From Thermoplasmata archaeon (lineage in GTDB: Archaea; Thermoplasmatota; Thermoplasmata; Lutacidiplasmatales; UBA184), in contig JAKAAX010000003.1 in NCBI GenBank assembly GCA_021802125.1, positions 148,300-212,299 on the forward strand: a stretch of DNA of 64,000 nucleotides, in the 5' to 3' direction. The position numbers and the translations under genes are program-made. The notes beneath the pieces are model-generated. The model did no database searches. It was not told the origin of the DNA and saw nothing but the letters and a program-made list of their open reading frames with translations. Shown one piece after another: positions 62,823-64,000 of the stretch. Every line of letters begins with the position of its first letter. Position 1 is the first letter of the stretch.

Positions 62823-64000
62823 AATGAGAAGACGAATACGTCGGTCACGCTCCGTGGGAGCCGCGGTGGCACTGACCTTGCTCGCCCTCGCGATGCTCGC
62901 GTCCTCCACCTTCCCCCTGGGAGGCATCGGCGGGCCCTACAACGCCCCCTCTCCGACAAGGTTCGAGAGCCTGGCTCACGCGTCGGGCACGGGGATAGTT
63001 AGCGTGGGGGTGACGCCCGCCGCGGCCACACTCGCCGCCGGAGCGAACCTCACCTTCGCTCCAGACCCGGTCTGTAGCCCCTCCCCTTGCCCTGCGGGAG
63101 TGGTGTACAGCTGGTCGCTCACCCGACCCCTTGGTCAGCTCGACTACTCCACCTCGAACGCGAACTCCCTCAGCACGAACATCCCCACGGAGGGGGAGGT
63201 CCCGGTCGGCCTCGCCTTCGACAGCTCCAACGGAGACCTGTACGTCACGAACGACGAGTCGACGAACGGCTACGTCGACAGCAGTGTCGCCGTCATCTCG
63301 GCAAGCTCGAACTCCCTCCTGGGGCTGATCCAGGTCGGGGGCAGTCCTACCGGGATCGCCTACGACCCCGACAACGGCGACCTCTACGTGACCGACTGTG
63401 GCACCAGCAACATGAGCGTGATCAGCGGAGCGACCAACACGGTGGTCGCCACCTTCCCGTTCACTTTGACCGGTTGCGCCATCGGTTCGAAGATGTTCAT
63501 GAACTTCGCAGGGATCGCCTACGACCCCGTTTCCCACTCGATCTACGCCTCCAACTACGGGAACGGCACGGTGAGCGAGATCAACACCACCACCGACAGG
63601 GTGGTCCAGGCGATCTCGGTGGGGGGGGAGCCGTGGGGACTGGTCTACGCCCCCCCGGAACACGAGCTGTTCGTGAGCGAGTTCAATTCGCCGTACCTGG
63701 GGGTGATCGACACGCGGACCGATACGCTGGTCACGCGCGTCTCGCTCGATGAGCTCCCCTCGGGGGTCGACTACGACCCGGCCAACGGTGACGTCTACGT
63801 CGCCGACGCCAGCTTCTGGGTGAAGAACCCCGCCGGGAACGGTGACGTCGCCGTCGTCAATGCGTCGACGAACTCCCTGGTCACGATGATCCGGACCAAG
63901 GGATACCCCTGGTCCGTCGCTTACGACAGCGGCAACGGGTGCGTCTACGAGACGGACAGCAACACCACCGTGATGAACGTCATCTCCACCACGACGAACA
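62823..64000 (+). CDS. secreted YVTN-family beta-propeller repeat protein (3'-truncated by window end)
   Basis: My own translation from ATG 62823 gives MRRRIRRSRSVGAAVALTLLALAMLASS... followed by repeated units PVGLAFDSSNGDLYVTN, PTGIAYDPDNGDLYVTD, GIAYDPVSHSIYASN, PWGLVYAPPEHELFVSE, PSGVDYDPANGDVYVAD. The frame is open to nt 64000, and the ORF is absent from the track because it has no stop. Confidence 0.8.

Noticed and set aside
1-64000. Search for tRNA, rRNA and transposase genes.
   Set aside because: I saw no T-arm consensus (GGTTCGAATC/GGTTCAAATC or its complement) outside coding sequence, no rRNA-like conserved stretches, and no DDE/HUH transposase motifs. This was a visual search only; tRNAscan-SE or Infernal should confirm it.

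Overview
Very GC-rich archaeal chromosome segment. The archaeal assignment rests on aEF-1alpha, aMBF1, proteasome beta, RNA polymerase subunit D/Rpo3 and archaetidylserine lipid genes. The phylum is not determinable from sequence alone; a wall-less Thermoplasmatota-like lineage is only a guess. Two conserved translation/transcription blocks (tuf-rps10 and rps13-rps4-rps11-rpoD) and housekeeping genes (argF, gltA, psmB, dnaJ, a DEAD-box helicase, psd-pssA) are interleaved with accessory genes. Seven very large surface proteins take up about 37% of the window. Each has a signal/anchor, a different head domain (S53 sedolisin, CuA-like cupredoxin, family-5 solute-binding fold, PQQ and YVTN propellers, two unrecognised heads), a PKD/Ig/InlB-B-repeat stalk, one C-terminal TM helix and a low-complexity, often proline-rich, cytoplasmic tail. 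I found no rRNA, tRNA, CRISPR array or recognisable transposase/integrase. The points most worth follow-up are: the CuA-type copper site with a Met-to-Gln change; PPxY/polyproline tails on two paralogous giants; rps13, whose conserved N-terminus has no canonical in-frame start; a repeat/palindrome operator-like element in a divergent promoter; a nuclease / membrane protein / TPR trio; a diglycine ubiquitin-like gene coupled to a cytoplasmic BNR propeller; a zinc-ribbon-polyproline-RnfD-like fusion; and a ~1.3 kb low-GC patch. All family assignments come from motif reading by eye, with no HMM or BLAST run. Start codons are often uncertain because the high GC content creates long spurious ORFs.
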